Shown here: piece by piece, positions 8,226-17,788 of the stretch
How the letters are laid out: every line of letters starts with the position of its first letter
Numbering within the stretch: the stretch's first letter is position 1
From: Candidatus Omnitrophota bacterium
Lineage (GTDB): Bacteria > Omnitrophota > Gorgyraeia > Zapsychrales > Zapsychraceae
Reading direction: 5' to 3'
Assembly (NCBI GenBank): GCA_035292445.1
Contig: DATDQB010000013.1
Coordinates: 7,884 to 71,883 of the forward strand
DNA: 64,000 bases
Position numbers and translations under genes: made by a program
The notes under the pieces: model-generated
What the model was told of the DNA's origin: nothing
What the model saw: the letters and a program-made list of their open reading frames with translations, nothing else
Database searches by the model: none

Positions 8226-10535
8226 TTAAAAACCGCGGCTGACGCTGAAATAGAACTTCCCGCCATCATCATCATCTCCGGGCTGTTCATCCAGCGGAAA
8301 GCCGTAATCCAGTTTGATAGGACCGATAGGAGTCTTAAAGCGAAAACCAAGGCCTGTACCGGATAGAAGGCCGTCTTCTCCGAAATCTTCCAACGTTGCC
8401 CAAACGTTACCCGTATCCAAGAAAACGGCAAATTTGATGAATTCAATGACGGGGATCGTATATTCTATATTGGCCACCACCATGGCCTCCCCACCGATTG
8501 GATCATTCGTTCCCGTATCAATCGGGCCGACGTTGCGCTCATCGTAGCCGCGGATGCTGTTGGCCCCGCCGGCGAAGAAGCGCTCAAAGATAGGGACTTT
8601 ATCGGCATCGCCAAAGGCATCGACCAACCCGCCCTTAACCCGTATTTCCAGGACTCCATTAAAGATCTTGCTCAAAGGAATATAATAGCTGCCTCCTCCC
8701 GTCAAACGGTAAAAATCTTTATCGCCTCCCAGAAAGCCGCCGGCATAATCAAAGCCGCTATCCAGAACGAGCCCCTTGGTCGGGCTAAAAACATTGTCCG
8801 TTGAATCACGATTCAAGGTAAAACCGACCATACTGACCGTATTAGAACCTCCCTCGGCCAGTAAATCGGCCGAAACGCCCGCCTCAAAATCGCCGATATC
8901 AACTTCTTCTAATCGGTAGAACGTGCCGCCCTGGACAAATTCGGTAAATTGTTTACCAAAACGGATACGCCCGCCCGTGCGCTCTTCATCATAAGCATAA
9001 CCGGTATCTTCGGAACGTTCCCGTTCCGTCATGAAAATATCAAACCCTGCGGAGACCGGATGATCAAAAAGCCAAGGCTCAGTAAAGCTTAAATAAAAAT
9101 TGTTCTTATGGGAACCTGTTTCAGCCCTTAAACTGAGTTTCTGGCCGCCGCCGGTGAAGGTGGGCCAGTTGGTGAAATCAAAGTTGCGCTGCTGGATCTC
9201 GACAAACCCGACGATATCGTCGACCGTGCTGAAGCCGCCGCCGAAGGAGAACGTCCCCGTTTTCGCCTCCTTGACGTTAACAACCAGGTCTTTTCGGTCC
9301 AACGTATCCGTGTCTTGGATATCAAAGTTCACTTCTTCGAAATACCCGAGATTATCCAATTTTTCCTTGCTGCGGCGCAATTTCGCCCCGTCAAAACGGT
9401 CACCGGGGATAAGCTTAAGCTCCCGCCGGATCACGATGTCCCGGGTGCGAGCGTTGCCTTGAATGATGACCTTTTCGATATAAGCCAGGCTACCCTCTTC
9501 CACATCAATACGAACATTGACCTTGCCTGTCGAGGGATCCACCGCGGTCGTTTCCTCGGATTTGGCGAAGATATAACCGCGGTCAAAGTAAAGCGTCTGG
9601 ATATTATTGACGTCGACGGAAAGTTTATCGCGGCTGAAAATGCTTCCTTCAGAAATTTCCTTCATCACTTTGCGGATCTCTTTTTCCGAAATAATGGAGT
9701 TGCCGGTGATATCCACCGTCCCCACCGAATAACGCCTTCCTTCATCGATGACGATATTGATATTGATGAAGCCTTTATATAATGCCTCGGTGGTATACGT
9801 TGCCGTGGCATCGATGTAACCCTGCTGTTCATAAAAAGATTTGATGCGATCCATGTCTTCCTCGATGACCTCTTCATTCAAATAGCCGGAACGAAACCAC
9901 CACTTGGTCCGCGTTTTGAGGACCTTTTGGATCTTCTTCTTGGGGAAGGCCACATTCCCCAAGATCTTGATATCTTTAATGCGGATCTTATGGCCTTCCT
10001 CAATGACAAAATGAAGGCTGGCTTTATTCGTGACCTCATCAATGAACGTTTCCGGCTCAACCGTCACGCTGGTCAACCCCTTGGAGGCATAGAAATCTTT
10101 GATGATCTTCACATCGTCTTTGAGGACTTTTTGATCCAGGAACTTACCAGCCTGCGAATCGATCTTACGGGCGAGGCCTCTAGCGCTGATATGGCGGGTC
10201 TTGGAAAACGTGACCTCTTCAATGATCGCCTTTTCATCCACATAAATAATGACCTTAAACCCGCCTTCATGCTCCTGGCGGTCAACGCGCACATCGGAGA
10301 AATAACCGGTGTTATAAAGCCTTTTTAGATCGTCACTGATCACCGCTTGCAGATATTCTTGCCCCACACGGGTCTTGATCTTTGAAAGGATCGTGGCGAT
10401 GCTGATCGTTTTATTGCCTTCGACTTCGATGGATTTGACGATCTTTCCCTGCCCGTCGTCTTGGGCATAAACAGGGTGGGTTAGAAAAACAGAGGCACAA
10501 AGAAACACGAAGCTTATACTTTTTAATTTAGACAT
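8226..10535 (-). CDS. bamA: Outer membrane protein assembly factor BamA
   Basis: 769 aa with a signal peptide, five POTRA-like repeats and a C-terminal Omp85 beta-barrel ending in an aromatic residue. Confidence 0.92.
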   Translation of the reverse strand: MSKLKSISFVFLCASVFLTHPVYAQDDGQGKIVKSIEVEGNKTISIATILSKIKTRVGQEYLQAVISDDLKRLYNTGYFSDVRVDRQEHEGGFKVIIYVDEKAIIEEVTFSKTRHISARGLARKIDSQAGKFLDQKVLKDDVKIIKDFYASKGLTSVTVEPETFIDEVTNKASLHFVIEEGHKIRIKDIKILGNVAFPKKKIQKVLKTRTKWWFRSGYLNEEVIEEDMDRIKSFYEQQGYIDATATYTTEALYKGFININIVIDEGRRYSVGTVDITGNSIISEKEIRKVMKEISEGSIFSRDKLSVDVNNIQTLYFDRGYIFAKSEETTAVDPSTGKVNVRIDVEEGSLAYIEKVIIQGNARTRDIVIRRELKLIPGDRFDGAKLRRSKEKLDNLGYFEEVNFDIQDTDTLDRKDLVVNVKEAKTGTFSFGGGFSTVDDIVGFVEIQQRNFDFTNWPTFTGGGQKLSLRAETGSHKNNFYLSFTEPWLFDHPVSAGFDIFMTERERSEDTGYAYDEERTGGRIRFGKQFTEFVQGGTFYRLEEVDIGDFEAGVSADLLAEGGSNTVSMVGFTLNRDSTDNVFSPTKGLVLDSGFDYAGGFLGGDKDFYRLTGGGSYYIPLSKIFNGVLEIRVKGGLVDAFGDADKVPIFERFFAGGANSIRGYDERNVGPIDTGTNDPIGGEAMVVANIEYTIPVIEFIKFAVFLDTGNVWATLEDFGEDGLLSGTGLGFRFKTPIGPIKLDYGFPLDEQPGDDDDGGKFYFSVSRGF

Positions 10536-10602
10536 ATAATAAAGGTAAGGATTACTGAAATTTCTTTAGTTTTTTTGATTATAAGGGCAAAGAAAAGACG
10601 TG

Positions 10603-11940
10603 TCAATCAACATGTGCAAGATTTTCAAAGCGCATATACTCCTTGATAAAAGAAAGCTTTACCGTCCCGACGGGGCCGTTGCGCTGTTTGGCGATGATGA
10701 CATCCGCGATGCCTTTATTTTCTTCGGTGGGGTTATAATATTCTTCCCGCATGAGCAAAACGACCACGTCCGCATCCTGCTCAATGGCTCCGGATTCTCT
10801 CAAATCGGATAATTGCGGCCGATGATCCATGCGGGACTCAACCGCGCGGGAGAGTTGGCTGAGGGCAATGATCGGAATATTGAGTTCCCGCGCCAAGGCT
10901 TTGATGGAACGCGAGATCTCGGAGATTTCCTGCTGGCGGCTATCCACCTTCGTTGAGCCTCTCATCAACTGCAGATAATCCAGGATAATTAAATCAATAT
11001 GTTGATTCGCTTTCAGGCGCCGGGCCTTGGCCCGAAGCTCCAAGGCGGAGATGGCCGGCGTATCATCAATAACAATGGAAGATTCGGACAGCTTACCGGC
11101 GGCCGCCGTTAATTTCGGCCAATCGGCCGGTGAAAGAAAACCGCTGCGGACCTTATGCGCATCCACCCGCGCCTGCGAACAAAGCATTCTTTGGACAAGC
11201 TGCTCCTTGGACATCTCCAGGCTGAAGATCGCGACACAGCGCTTATGGGTGACCGCAACGCTCTCCGCAATAGAAACGGCCAACGCGCTTTTTCCCATTG
11301 ACGGCCGGCCAGCCACAACGATCAAATCGGAATTTTGCAGACCGCTGGTCATAAAATCGATCTTTTCAAATCCCGTTGCGATGCCGGTGATATGTTCTTT
11401 TCTTTTATACAGATGGTCGAGGTTTTCGATACTCTCGCGCACCAGGTCCTTGATATGAAGGGACTTGGTCTTCTGTTTCAGCTCGGCGACTTCAAAGATA
11501 AGCTTTTCGGCATTATCCACCACACTTTCGATATCTTTGGTTGATTCATAGCTGTCATGGATGATCTGGGTGGCGTTGCGGATGAGCTTTCTTAAAACGC
11601 CCTTTTCTTTGACGATCTGGGCGTAATGCTCGACATTGGCCGAGGTGGGGACAAAATCGATGATGGAAGAAATGTAGGAGACGCCTCCGACCTCTTCCAA
11701 AATACCGTCACTTTTGAGCTTGTCCGTGAGGGTGACCAGATCAACGTTCTTGCGGACATTGTAGAGGTCGAGAACCGCCCGGTAGAGCTTCCGGTGGACT
11801 TCATCGTAAAACCAAGACTCATCGAGGATCTCGATGGCCAAACCGATGGCTTCCTCATCGATGAGCATCGACCCTAAAACGGATCGTTCGGCCTCGACAT
11901 TTTGAGGGGGGATCCTTACATCTATTTCTTGGTGACCCAT
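10603..11940 (-). CDS. dnaB: Replicative DNA helicase DnaB
   Basis: 445 aa with a DnaB N-terminal domain and a RecA-like C-terminal domain carrying Walker A GRPSMGKS. No intein. Confidence 0.95.
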   Translation of the reverse strand: MGHQEIDVRIPPQNVEAERSVLGSMLIDEEAIGLAIEILDESWFYDEVHRKLYRAVLDLYNVRKNVDLVTLTDKLKSDGILEEVGGVSYISSIIDFVPTSANVEHYAQIVKEKGVLRKLIRNATQIIHDSYESTKDIESVVDNAEKLIFEVAELKQKTKSLHIKDLVRESIENLDHLYKRKEHITGIATGFEKIDFMTSGLQNSDLIVVAGRPSMGKSALAVSIAESVAVTHKRCVAIFSLEMSKEQLVQRMLCSQARVDAHKVRSGFLSPADWPKLTAAAGKLSESSIVIDDTPAISALELRAKARRLKANQHIDLIILDYLQLMRGSTKVDSRQQEISEISRSIKALARELNIPIIALSQLSRAVESRMDHRPQLSDLRESGAIEQDADVVVLLMREEYYNPTEENKGIADVIIAKQRNGPVGTVKLSFIKEYMRFENLAHVD

Positions 11941-12365
11941 AGTCGTATTTTCGCCGTTACCTCGGGATGCAACTTCACGCCGACGTCAAAAATGCCTAAT
12001 TCCTCAATGGATTTATCGAATACGACCTGTTTCTTATCGATCTCAAAGCCTTCCACTTCCAAGGCTTTGACCACTTCCGCTTCGCTCACGGCCCCGTAAA
12101 GTTTATCTAAGTCATTGACTTCCACATTGACCGTGCAAGAAACTTTATTGAGTTTTTCCGCCACTTGCATCGCATCCTGCTTCGTCTTCTCGGAGGCTTC
12201 CTGGCGTTTCTTCTGTTGGACTTCAATGCGCTTAAGGTTACTCTGCGTGGCCAAATAAGCCATGTTGTGAGGCAAAAGGAAATTACGCGCATAACCATCC
12301 TTGACTTTCACCACTTCCCCGATTTTGCCTAACGCGGGGACATCTTGTATGAGAATGATATCCAT
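11922..12365 (-). CDS. rplI: 50S ribosomal protein L9. Start moved to MDIILIQDV.
   Basis: L9 N- and C-domain similarity. The ATG was checked and gives a 4-nt junction with rpsR. Confidence 0.88.
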   Translation of the reverse strand: MDIILIQDVPALGKIGEVVKVKDGYARNFLLPHNMAYLATQSNLKRIEVQQKKRQEASEKTKQDAMQVAEKLNKVSCTVNVEVNDLDKLYGAVSEAEVVKALEVEGFEIDKKQVVFDKSIEELGIFDVGVKLHPEVTAKIRLWVTKK

Positions 12366-12367
12366 GA

Positions 12368-12646
12368 TTACTTTTTCACTCCTCCCGTTGGTAAAAGAGC
12401 CAGGAATCTTGCCTGTTTGATCGCGTGGCAGAGCAAGCGTTGTTCCTTGGCCGAAATGCATGATATACGCCGGGGAACGATCTTCCCACGCTCGTTAAGA
12501 AATCGTTGCATAAAACTAAGATTTTTGTAATCAATGTCGGCTTTGTTATGGACTTGGAACCGGGCCGTGTTCATTCTTGGCCTGAACGTCCTTTTCTCTC
12601 TGAACCCCTTTTTTGGTCTTCTAGTATTATTCATCATTTTATTCAT
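12368..12646 (-). CDS. rpsR: 30S ribosomal protein S18. Start moved to MNKMMNN.
   Basis: S18 signature IDYKN...L..FL.E.GKI.PRRI...SAK.QR.L..AIK.AR.LALLP. Confidence 0.85.
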   Translation of the reverse strand: MNKMMNNTRRPKKGFREKRTFRPRMNTARFQVHNKADIDYKNLSFMQRFLNERGKIVPRRISCISAKEQRLLCHAIKQARFLALLPTGGVKK

Positions 12647-13091
12647 CCCATGCGATATCTTCAGGCTTGATCGCGTCGTTATTACTGCTATTATTATTGG
12701 GGGAAGTGGCATCCGCCAATTGCTCTTCCGCTTTTTGTGCCTCTTTTTCCTTGGCCGGCCCGTAACTTCCCAGGAATTGGACGCGCTCAGCGCGCACATC
12801 GATGGCGCTGCGCTTTTGTCCCTCGGGTGTTTCCCAGAAACGGGATTGCAAAACCCCTTCGACAAAAACAGGCTTGCCCTTGGTCAAATACTGGCAGCAG
12901 GCCTCCGCTTGCTTGTCCCAAACCGTTACCGTCAGAAAACAAACCTCTTCTTTCAATTCGCCGGAACTGTCCTTGAATTTACGGTTGACCGCGAGCCCCA
13001 GGTTGGCCACGGCAGTCCCTCCCGGCGTATAGCGCAACTCCGGGTCCCTCGTTAAATTACCGATTAAAAAAACCTTGTTCAAATTCGCCAT
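12639..13091 (-). CDS. ssb: Single-stranded DNA-binding protein. Start moved to [13 protein letters not shown].
   Basis: OB-fold SSB N-terminus followed by a Gly/Asn-rich linker. It sits in the rpsF-ssb-rpsR order. Confidence 0.88.
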   Translation of the reverse strand: MANLNKVFLIGNLTRDPELRYTPGGTAVANLGLAVNRKFKDSSGELKEEVCFLTVTVWDKQAEACCQYLTKGKPVFVEGVLQSRFWETPEGQKRSAIDVRAERVQFLGSYGPAKEKEAQKAEEQLADATSPNNNSSNNDAIKPEDIAWDE

Positions 13092-13134
13092 TTCTTCCTC
13101 CTTAACAACCAATCGCTTGACGTTTTAAATAATT

Positions 13135-13449
13135 TTAGCTTCGTACCGCTTCGGGAACTTTTGGTTCGATCTTTTGCCATGCAAAACGCAGGATACGCTC
13201 ATTTAATTTAAGAAGTGAACGGACCTTTTCGTTAATACTTCCATCGCTTTCAAAATTAACCAAATAGTACGTGCCTTCCTTGCATTTTTTGATCGGAAAG
13301 GTCAACCGGTGCTTCTCCAGCCAAACCTGACTATTGATGACCTTGCCGCCATTTTGAGAAATGATGTCGGCAACTTCCTTAAAAATACGGTCTTTCTCTT
13401 CCTGGGCCAACTTGGCATCAATGATCGCCATCAATTCATATTTTCTCAT
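13135..13449 (-). CDS. rpsF: 30S ribosomal protein S6. Start moved to MRKYELMAIID.
   Basis: The S6 family N-terminus MRHYE-like. It sits upstream of ssb. Confidence 0.85.
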   Translation of the reverse strand: MRKYELMAIIDAKLAQEEKDRIFKEVADIISQNGGKVINSQVWLEKHRLTFPIKKCKEGTYYLVNFESDGSINEKVRSLLKLNERILRFAWQKIEPKVPEAVRS

Positions 13450-13456
13450 GAGTTCT

Positions 13457-14050
13457 TTATTTTCCATTTTCTTTCCTTTGATTAAACTGATCCATCGCCT
13501 TTTTTATCCCGTCTTTCGCCCACCCTAAACAACCGTCGCCGGCCAAATCGGTGAACTGGCCCAGCATCTTACGCTCTTGTTTAGTAAATTCACCTAACAC
13601 GTAATCGGTCAGATCCTTCTGCACTTTGGGCCGGCCGATACCCAAACGTAACCGGGGGAATTCTTCCGCCCCCAGCTCTTGAATGACGGACCCTAAGCCG
13701 TTATGCCCCCCGTCGCTGCCTTCGGGGCGCAACCGCAGTTGCCCGTAGCTCAGATGAAAATCATCCGAGACGACCAGCAGATGCTCAAGGGGGATCCCTT
13801 TCTTCTCCAAAACTTTTTTTACGGCCTGTCCCGAATGGTTCATGAATGTTAAAGGCATCAGCAAACAAACGCCCGTACCATCGTAAACCCCCTCGGCCAA
13901 CAATCCTTTTGTTAAAGAGCTTTCCTTGAACTTGAAATCCAAACGCTCGGCCAAGCGCCGAACAACCAAAAACCCGATATTGTGACGCGTGTATTCGTAA
14001 TCTTTTCCGGGATTGCCTAAACCAACAATCAGTCGTGTGTTTGTCAACAC
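13457..14050 (-). CDS. pth: Peptidyl-tRNA hydrolase, with a GTG start
   Basis: GLGNPG...HN.GF motif and full Pth similarity, 197 aa. Confidence 0.92.
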   Translation of the reverse strand: MLTNTRLIVGLGNPGKDYEYTRHNIGFLVVRRLAERLDFKFKESSLTKGLLAEGVYDGTGVCLLMPLTFMNHSGQAVKKVLEKKGIPLEHLLVVSDDFHLSYGQLRLRPEGSDGGHNGLGSVIQELGAEEFPRLRLGIGRPKVQKDLTDYVLGEFTKQERKMLGQFTDLAGDGCLGWAKDGIKKAMDQFNQRKENGK

Positions 14051-14209
14051 ATTCGTATATCCCTATGAAAAGCTGTCGATATACTCAGTGTTGACACTGA
14101 GAGCGACAAGCCCACGTTTTGTTTTCCGCCTTCAACGGATAAATTCCCCAATGCGACAAGTATTGAGCTTGTCGCCGAATGCGTCAAGGTTCCGTCGATT
14201 CCCAAATAC

Positions 14210-14947
14210 TTACTTCTTTTCTTCCTTCTTTTTCTCTTCCTTCTTCTCTGCCTTTTCCGCTTTGGCCGGAGCCTCGGCGCCCGCTACCGCTTCCTCGCCA
14301 GGCTTAGGCTTCTTTTCCTTAAGGACTTCCGGCTCCGTTATTTGCTGTTCCGCCGGGACTTCGATCTCTTCTTTCATCGGCGGCACAATGGAGAGAACCA
14401 TCGCCAAAGGATCGTGCTTCGTGCGCACGCCCTGCGGCAGCTTCAGATCGCCCACATGGACCGCATCACCGATGCTTAAATGAGAGACATCAACATTAAT
14501 TTTATCCGGGATATCCATCGGTAAACAAACGATATCCAGATCGTGCAGCGGCTGGTCCAACGACCCGCCCTGCTTTTTGACGCCTGGGGCATCACCCTTG
14601 GGCATAATAGGGACTTTAACTTCGATCTCCTCTTTTAAATTGATGCGCTGGAAATCAAGATGAAGAAGGTGGTCATGGACAGGATGGTGTTGCTCGTCCC
14701 TGAGAATAGCGGAATAATCCCTTAATTTCTTCTCCCCTTCCATAATATTGAGATGGAAAAGGACGCTTTGCCCGCGATGGGCGCGCATAAACTTTTCGTA
14801 AACCCTTTTATCGATCTTTATCACCGTCGGGCTCTTCTGAGCGCCCCCATAAACGACCGCGGGAATAAAATTTTCCCGGCGCACACTTCTGATGACCCGG
14901 CTTCCGACTTCATTTCTAATTTGCACGTCCAATTTTATTTCTTCCAT
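14210..14947 (-). CDS. rplY: 50S ribosomal protein L25, long Ctc/general-stress form
   Basis: L25/Ctc N- and C-domains plus a lysine/glutamate-rich tail, 245 aa. Confidence 0.88.
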   Translation of the reverse strand: MEEIKLDVQIRNEVGSRVIRSVRRENFIPAVVYGGAQKSPTVIKIDKRVYEKFMRAHRGQSVLFHLNIMEGEKKLRDYSAILRDEQHHPVHDHLLHLDFQRINLKEEIEVKVPIMPKGDAPGVKKQGGSLDQPLHDLDIVCLPMDIPDKINVDVSHLSIGDAVHVGDLKLPQGVRTKHDPLAMVLSIVPPMKEEIEVPAEQQITEPEVLKEKKPKPGEEAVAGAEAPAKAEKAEKKEEKKKEEKK

Positions 14948-14963
14948 TTTTCCTTTCCCGCCT

Positions 14964-15914
14964 TTACTTATAGGTTACATCAAAAAGAATGCTGATCGAT
15001 TCTTCATCATGGATACGATGAATGGCGTCCGCCAACAAGGAAGCCACCGAAACGACCGTGATCTTCTTTAATTGTTTTTCTTTGCTTAAAGGAATGCTGT
15101 TGGTAATAACCAGTTCCTTGAGCGGCGTACATTCTTTGATATGCTCGATCGCTTTCCCGGATAAAACGCCGTGAGTGATGGCGGCATAAACATCTTTTAC
15201 CCCTTCTTGCTTCAACACTTCGATGGCCTCAACCAACGAACCGCCGGTAGCGATAATATCATCGACCAAAACGGCATGTTTGCCTTTCACATCGCCTAAG
15301 ATATGCATGACTTCGGTCTTTTCAGGGCTTTCGCGGCGCTTATCAACGATCGCCAGGCCCGCCCCCAGCCGTTTTGCATAAGCCCGGGCCATTTTGATAC
15401 CGCCGACATCCGGCGAGACCACCACCACGTTCTTAAGTTTCTTTTTGCCAAAATGATCACAGATAACATTAATCGCATACAAATGGTCAACGGGAATATC
15501 AAAAAATCCTTGGATCTGATTGGCGTGCAGGTCCATGGTCAAAACACGGTCCGCCCCTGCCGCCACGATCAAATTCGCTACCAACTTGGCCGTAATAGGG
15601 ACCCGCGGCTGGTCTTTCCTGTCCTGCCGCGCATAACCATAATAAGGGATCACGGCCGTGATGCGCTGCGCGGAAGCCCTTCGGGCCGCATCGATCATGA
15701 TCAACAATTCCATTAAACTTTCATTCGGCGGCGGACATGTCGGCTGGACGATAAAGACATCCTTGCCCCGGATATTTTGCTTGATCTGGACCTGGACCTC
15801 GCCTTCGCTAAAACGGGACACCAGAACATCCGTCAAATTGATCTTAAGATGTTTACAAATGCTTTTGGCCAATTCAGGATTGGCATTGCCTGTACAAACC
15901 GCTAATCCGTTCAT
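14964..15914 (-). CDS. prs: Ribose-phosphate pyrophosphokinase
   Basis: 316 aa with the PRPP synthetase motifs, including the VLVDDIIATGGSL PRPP-binding loop. Confidence 0.95.
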   Translation of the reverse strand: MNGLAVCTGNANPELAKSICKHLKINLTDVLVSRFSEGEVQVQIKQNIRGKDVFIVQPTCPPPNESLMELLIMIDAARRASAQRITAVIPYYGYARQDRKDQPRVPITAKLVANLIVAAGADRVLTMDLHANQIQGFFDIPVDHLYAINVICDHFGKKKLKNVVVVSPDVGGIKMARAYAKRLGAGLAIVDKRRESPEKTEVMHILGDVKGKHAVLVDDIIATGGSLVEAIEVLKQEGVKDVYAAITHGVLSGKAIEHIKECTPLKELVITNSIPLSKEKQLKKITVVSVASLLADAIHRIHDEESISILFDVTYK

Positions 15915-17173
15915 GTGTCCTTTTTCTTCGGCACGGCTCTTGCCGGAACCCCGACCACGGTGCAGCCATCGGGGACGTTTTTGCCTCTCGTAACGACGCT
16001 GCCTGCTCCCACCACAGCCCTTTTACCGATCTTGACCGGTGAAATCAAAACGGCATCGGAACCGATAAAAGCATGATTGGCGATGCGGGTCATGTTCTTT
16101 TGCTGCCCGTCAAAATTGGCCGTTACCGTTCCCGCTCCGATATTCACGCTCGATCCGACCGAGGCGTCACCTAAATAACTGAAATGTTTCATGAGCGTCT
16201 TATCGCCGATCTTGGTCCGGACGATCTCGGTAAAATTCCCGATCTCAACGTGGTTGCCGAGCTTCGTCCCCTCCCTTAAATGGGCGAAGGGGCCAATCAC
16301 GCATTGACTGCCGACTTTGACGTCCTTCTCTATAAAAGTGAACGGGCGGATGACCGTATCTTTGCCGATCCTGACGGTCGCGTCAATGTACGTCGTCTTG
16401 GGGTCCATGATCGTCACGCCCTGCACCATAAAATCTTTGAGCGTCCGCTTTCTTAATAGTTCCTCGGCCGACGCCAAATCCTCGCGCGTATTGATCCCCA
16501 ACGCTTCGCCTGGGTCTTCCGTTTCCAGCGTGTCGATTTTAAGCCCCGTCTCAAAGAACAGCTCAATGATATCCGTCAGATAAAATTCTTTCTTCTTCTC
16601 ATTGACCTTGATTTGTTTTAAGCCGCTATAGAGATCTTTGCATTTAAAGCAATACACACCGGTATTGATCTCGGCGATGTTGCGCTCCAAACCCGTCGCA
16701 TCTTTATCTTCACGGATCGCAACGACATGTTCCTTTTCATCCCGGATGACACGCCCATAACCTTGCGGGTCATGGACAACGGCCGTCAAAAAGGTCGCCG
16801 AAGCCTGGGATTTTCTGTGCTTACGGATCAGTGCTTTAATAACGGACTTTCGGATCAAGGGCGTATCGCCGCAAAGGATCAGGACATCGCCCCGATAACC
16901 GGCTAAATACCGCTGGACCCTTTTGACCGCATCCGCCGTCCCCAATAATTTGGGCTGCTCGATAAGCGTGTGCACCTTGTCAAGATAGGCCTTCACATCG
17001 CCCATCTTGTGGCCTAAAACAACATACGTTTTCAAAGACCCGACCGCTTTCACGGTTTCTAAAATGAACTGAATGATGGGGCGCCCGCAGATCCGGTGCA
17101 GCACTTTCGGGATATCCGATTTCATCCGGGCCCCTTTGCCCGCCGCCAAAACAATTGTCCTTAAATCGCGCAT
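15911..17173 (-). CDS. glmU: Bifunctional GlcNAc-1-phosphate uridyltransferase / glucosamine-1-phosphate acetyltransferase GlmU
   Basis: N-terminal nucleotidyltransferase (LAAGKGARM) plus a C-terminal hexapeptide acetyltransferase, 420 aa. It has a 4-nt overlap with prs. Confidence 0.95.
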   Translation of the reverse strand: MRDLRTIVLAAGKGARMKSDIPKVLHRICGRPIIQFILETVKAVGSLKTYVVLGHKMGDVKAYLDKVHTLIEQPKLLGTADAVKRVQRYLAGYRGDVLILCGDTPLIRKSVIKALIRKHRKSQASATFLTAVVHDPQGYGRVIRDEKEHVVAIREDKDATGLERNIAEINTGVYCFKCKDLYSGLKQIKVNEKKKEFYLTDIIELFFETGLKIDTLETEDPGEALGINTREDLASAEELLRKRTLKDFMVQGVTIMDPKTTYIDATVRIGKDTVIRPFTFIEKDVKVGSQCVIGPFAHLREGTKLGNHVEIGNFTEIVRTKIGDKTLMKHFSYLGDASVGSSVNIGAGTVTANFDGQQKNMTRIANHAFIGSDAVLISPVKIGKRAVVGAGSVVTRGKNVPDGCTVVGVPARAVPKKKDT

Positions 17174-17242
17174 AGCTTTATATCCTTAATCTATCATGCC
17201 CTTCGACTCATTCGCCGCAACGCTTCTCATTCGCTCGAAGTA

Positions 17243-17314
17243 CTGCCCAGCCAGGGTTCGAACCTGGAAAAGCAGATCCAAATTCTGCTGTGTTACCAAT
17301 TACACCACCGGGCA
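17243..17314 (-). tRNA. tRNA-Gln, anticodon TTG. CCA is not encoded.
   Basis: Hand-folded cloverleaf. Acceptor stem TGCCCGG/CTGGGCA, D stem GTGT/ACAC, anticodon stem GCAGA/TCTGC with loop ATTTGGA, and T arm CCAGG-TTCGAAC-CCTGG. Coordinates are within about 2 nt. Confidence 0.7.
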
Positions 17315-17351
17315 ACATAAAAAACAAAATCGTTTTTTATCCAGGTTATTA

Positions 17352-17771
17352 CTACGATGAATTCCCAGGAGCGCCCTTCATTTCGTAGCTGTGGCCGACG
17401 CCGCCTCTTTTTAATTCCTGATTGTAGGCATCAAGAATTTTGGACTGGAGGTATTCACGGAATTCCTGCGTAATGGGATGTGCGATGTCCCGATGTTCTG
17501 CTTTTGCATCGACGTCAACTGGCTCTCTCTGCAGGGAGATGGCCGAACCGCAACCATTACAATGTTTGCTGCCCACCTCATTCTTAAAGCCGCATTTAGG
17601 ACATGGGTACTTCATCTTACGCGAAGGCATGGCAATAAATAATCCGTTAGGCCCCTGGATCACTTTAATATTACGCACGACAAAAGCATTATCGAAAGTG
17701 ACCGTGGTGTAGGCCTTCAACTTCTTATCTTGCCCTTCCTTGAGAAAAACCCGGATCTCTGTGACCTCCAT
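17352..17771 (-). CDS. spoVG: SpoVG family protein with an inserted C4 zinc-ribbon (CPKCG...CNGCG)
   Basis: MEVTEIRVF...VTFDNAFVVRNIKVIQGPNGLFIAMPSRK is canonical SpoVG. A Cys4 insertion of about 35 aa precedes the conserved RDIAHPI motif. The protein is 139 aa against the usual 95 or so. Confidence 0.85.
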   Translation of the reverse strand: MEVTEIRVFLKEGQDKKLKAYTTVTFDNAFVVRNIKVIQGPNGLFIAMPSRKMKYPCPKCGFKNEVGSKHCNGCGSAISLQREPVDVDAKAEHRDIAHPITQEFREYLQSKILDAYNQELKRGGVGHSYEMKGAPGNSS

Positions 17772-17788
17772 GACCTAAACTCCTTCCC

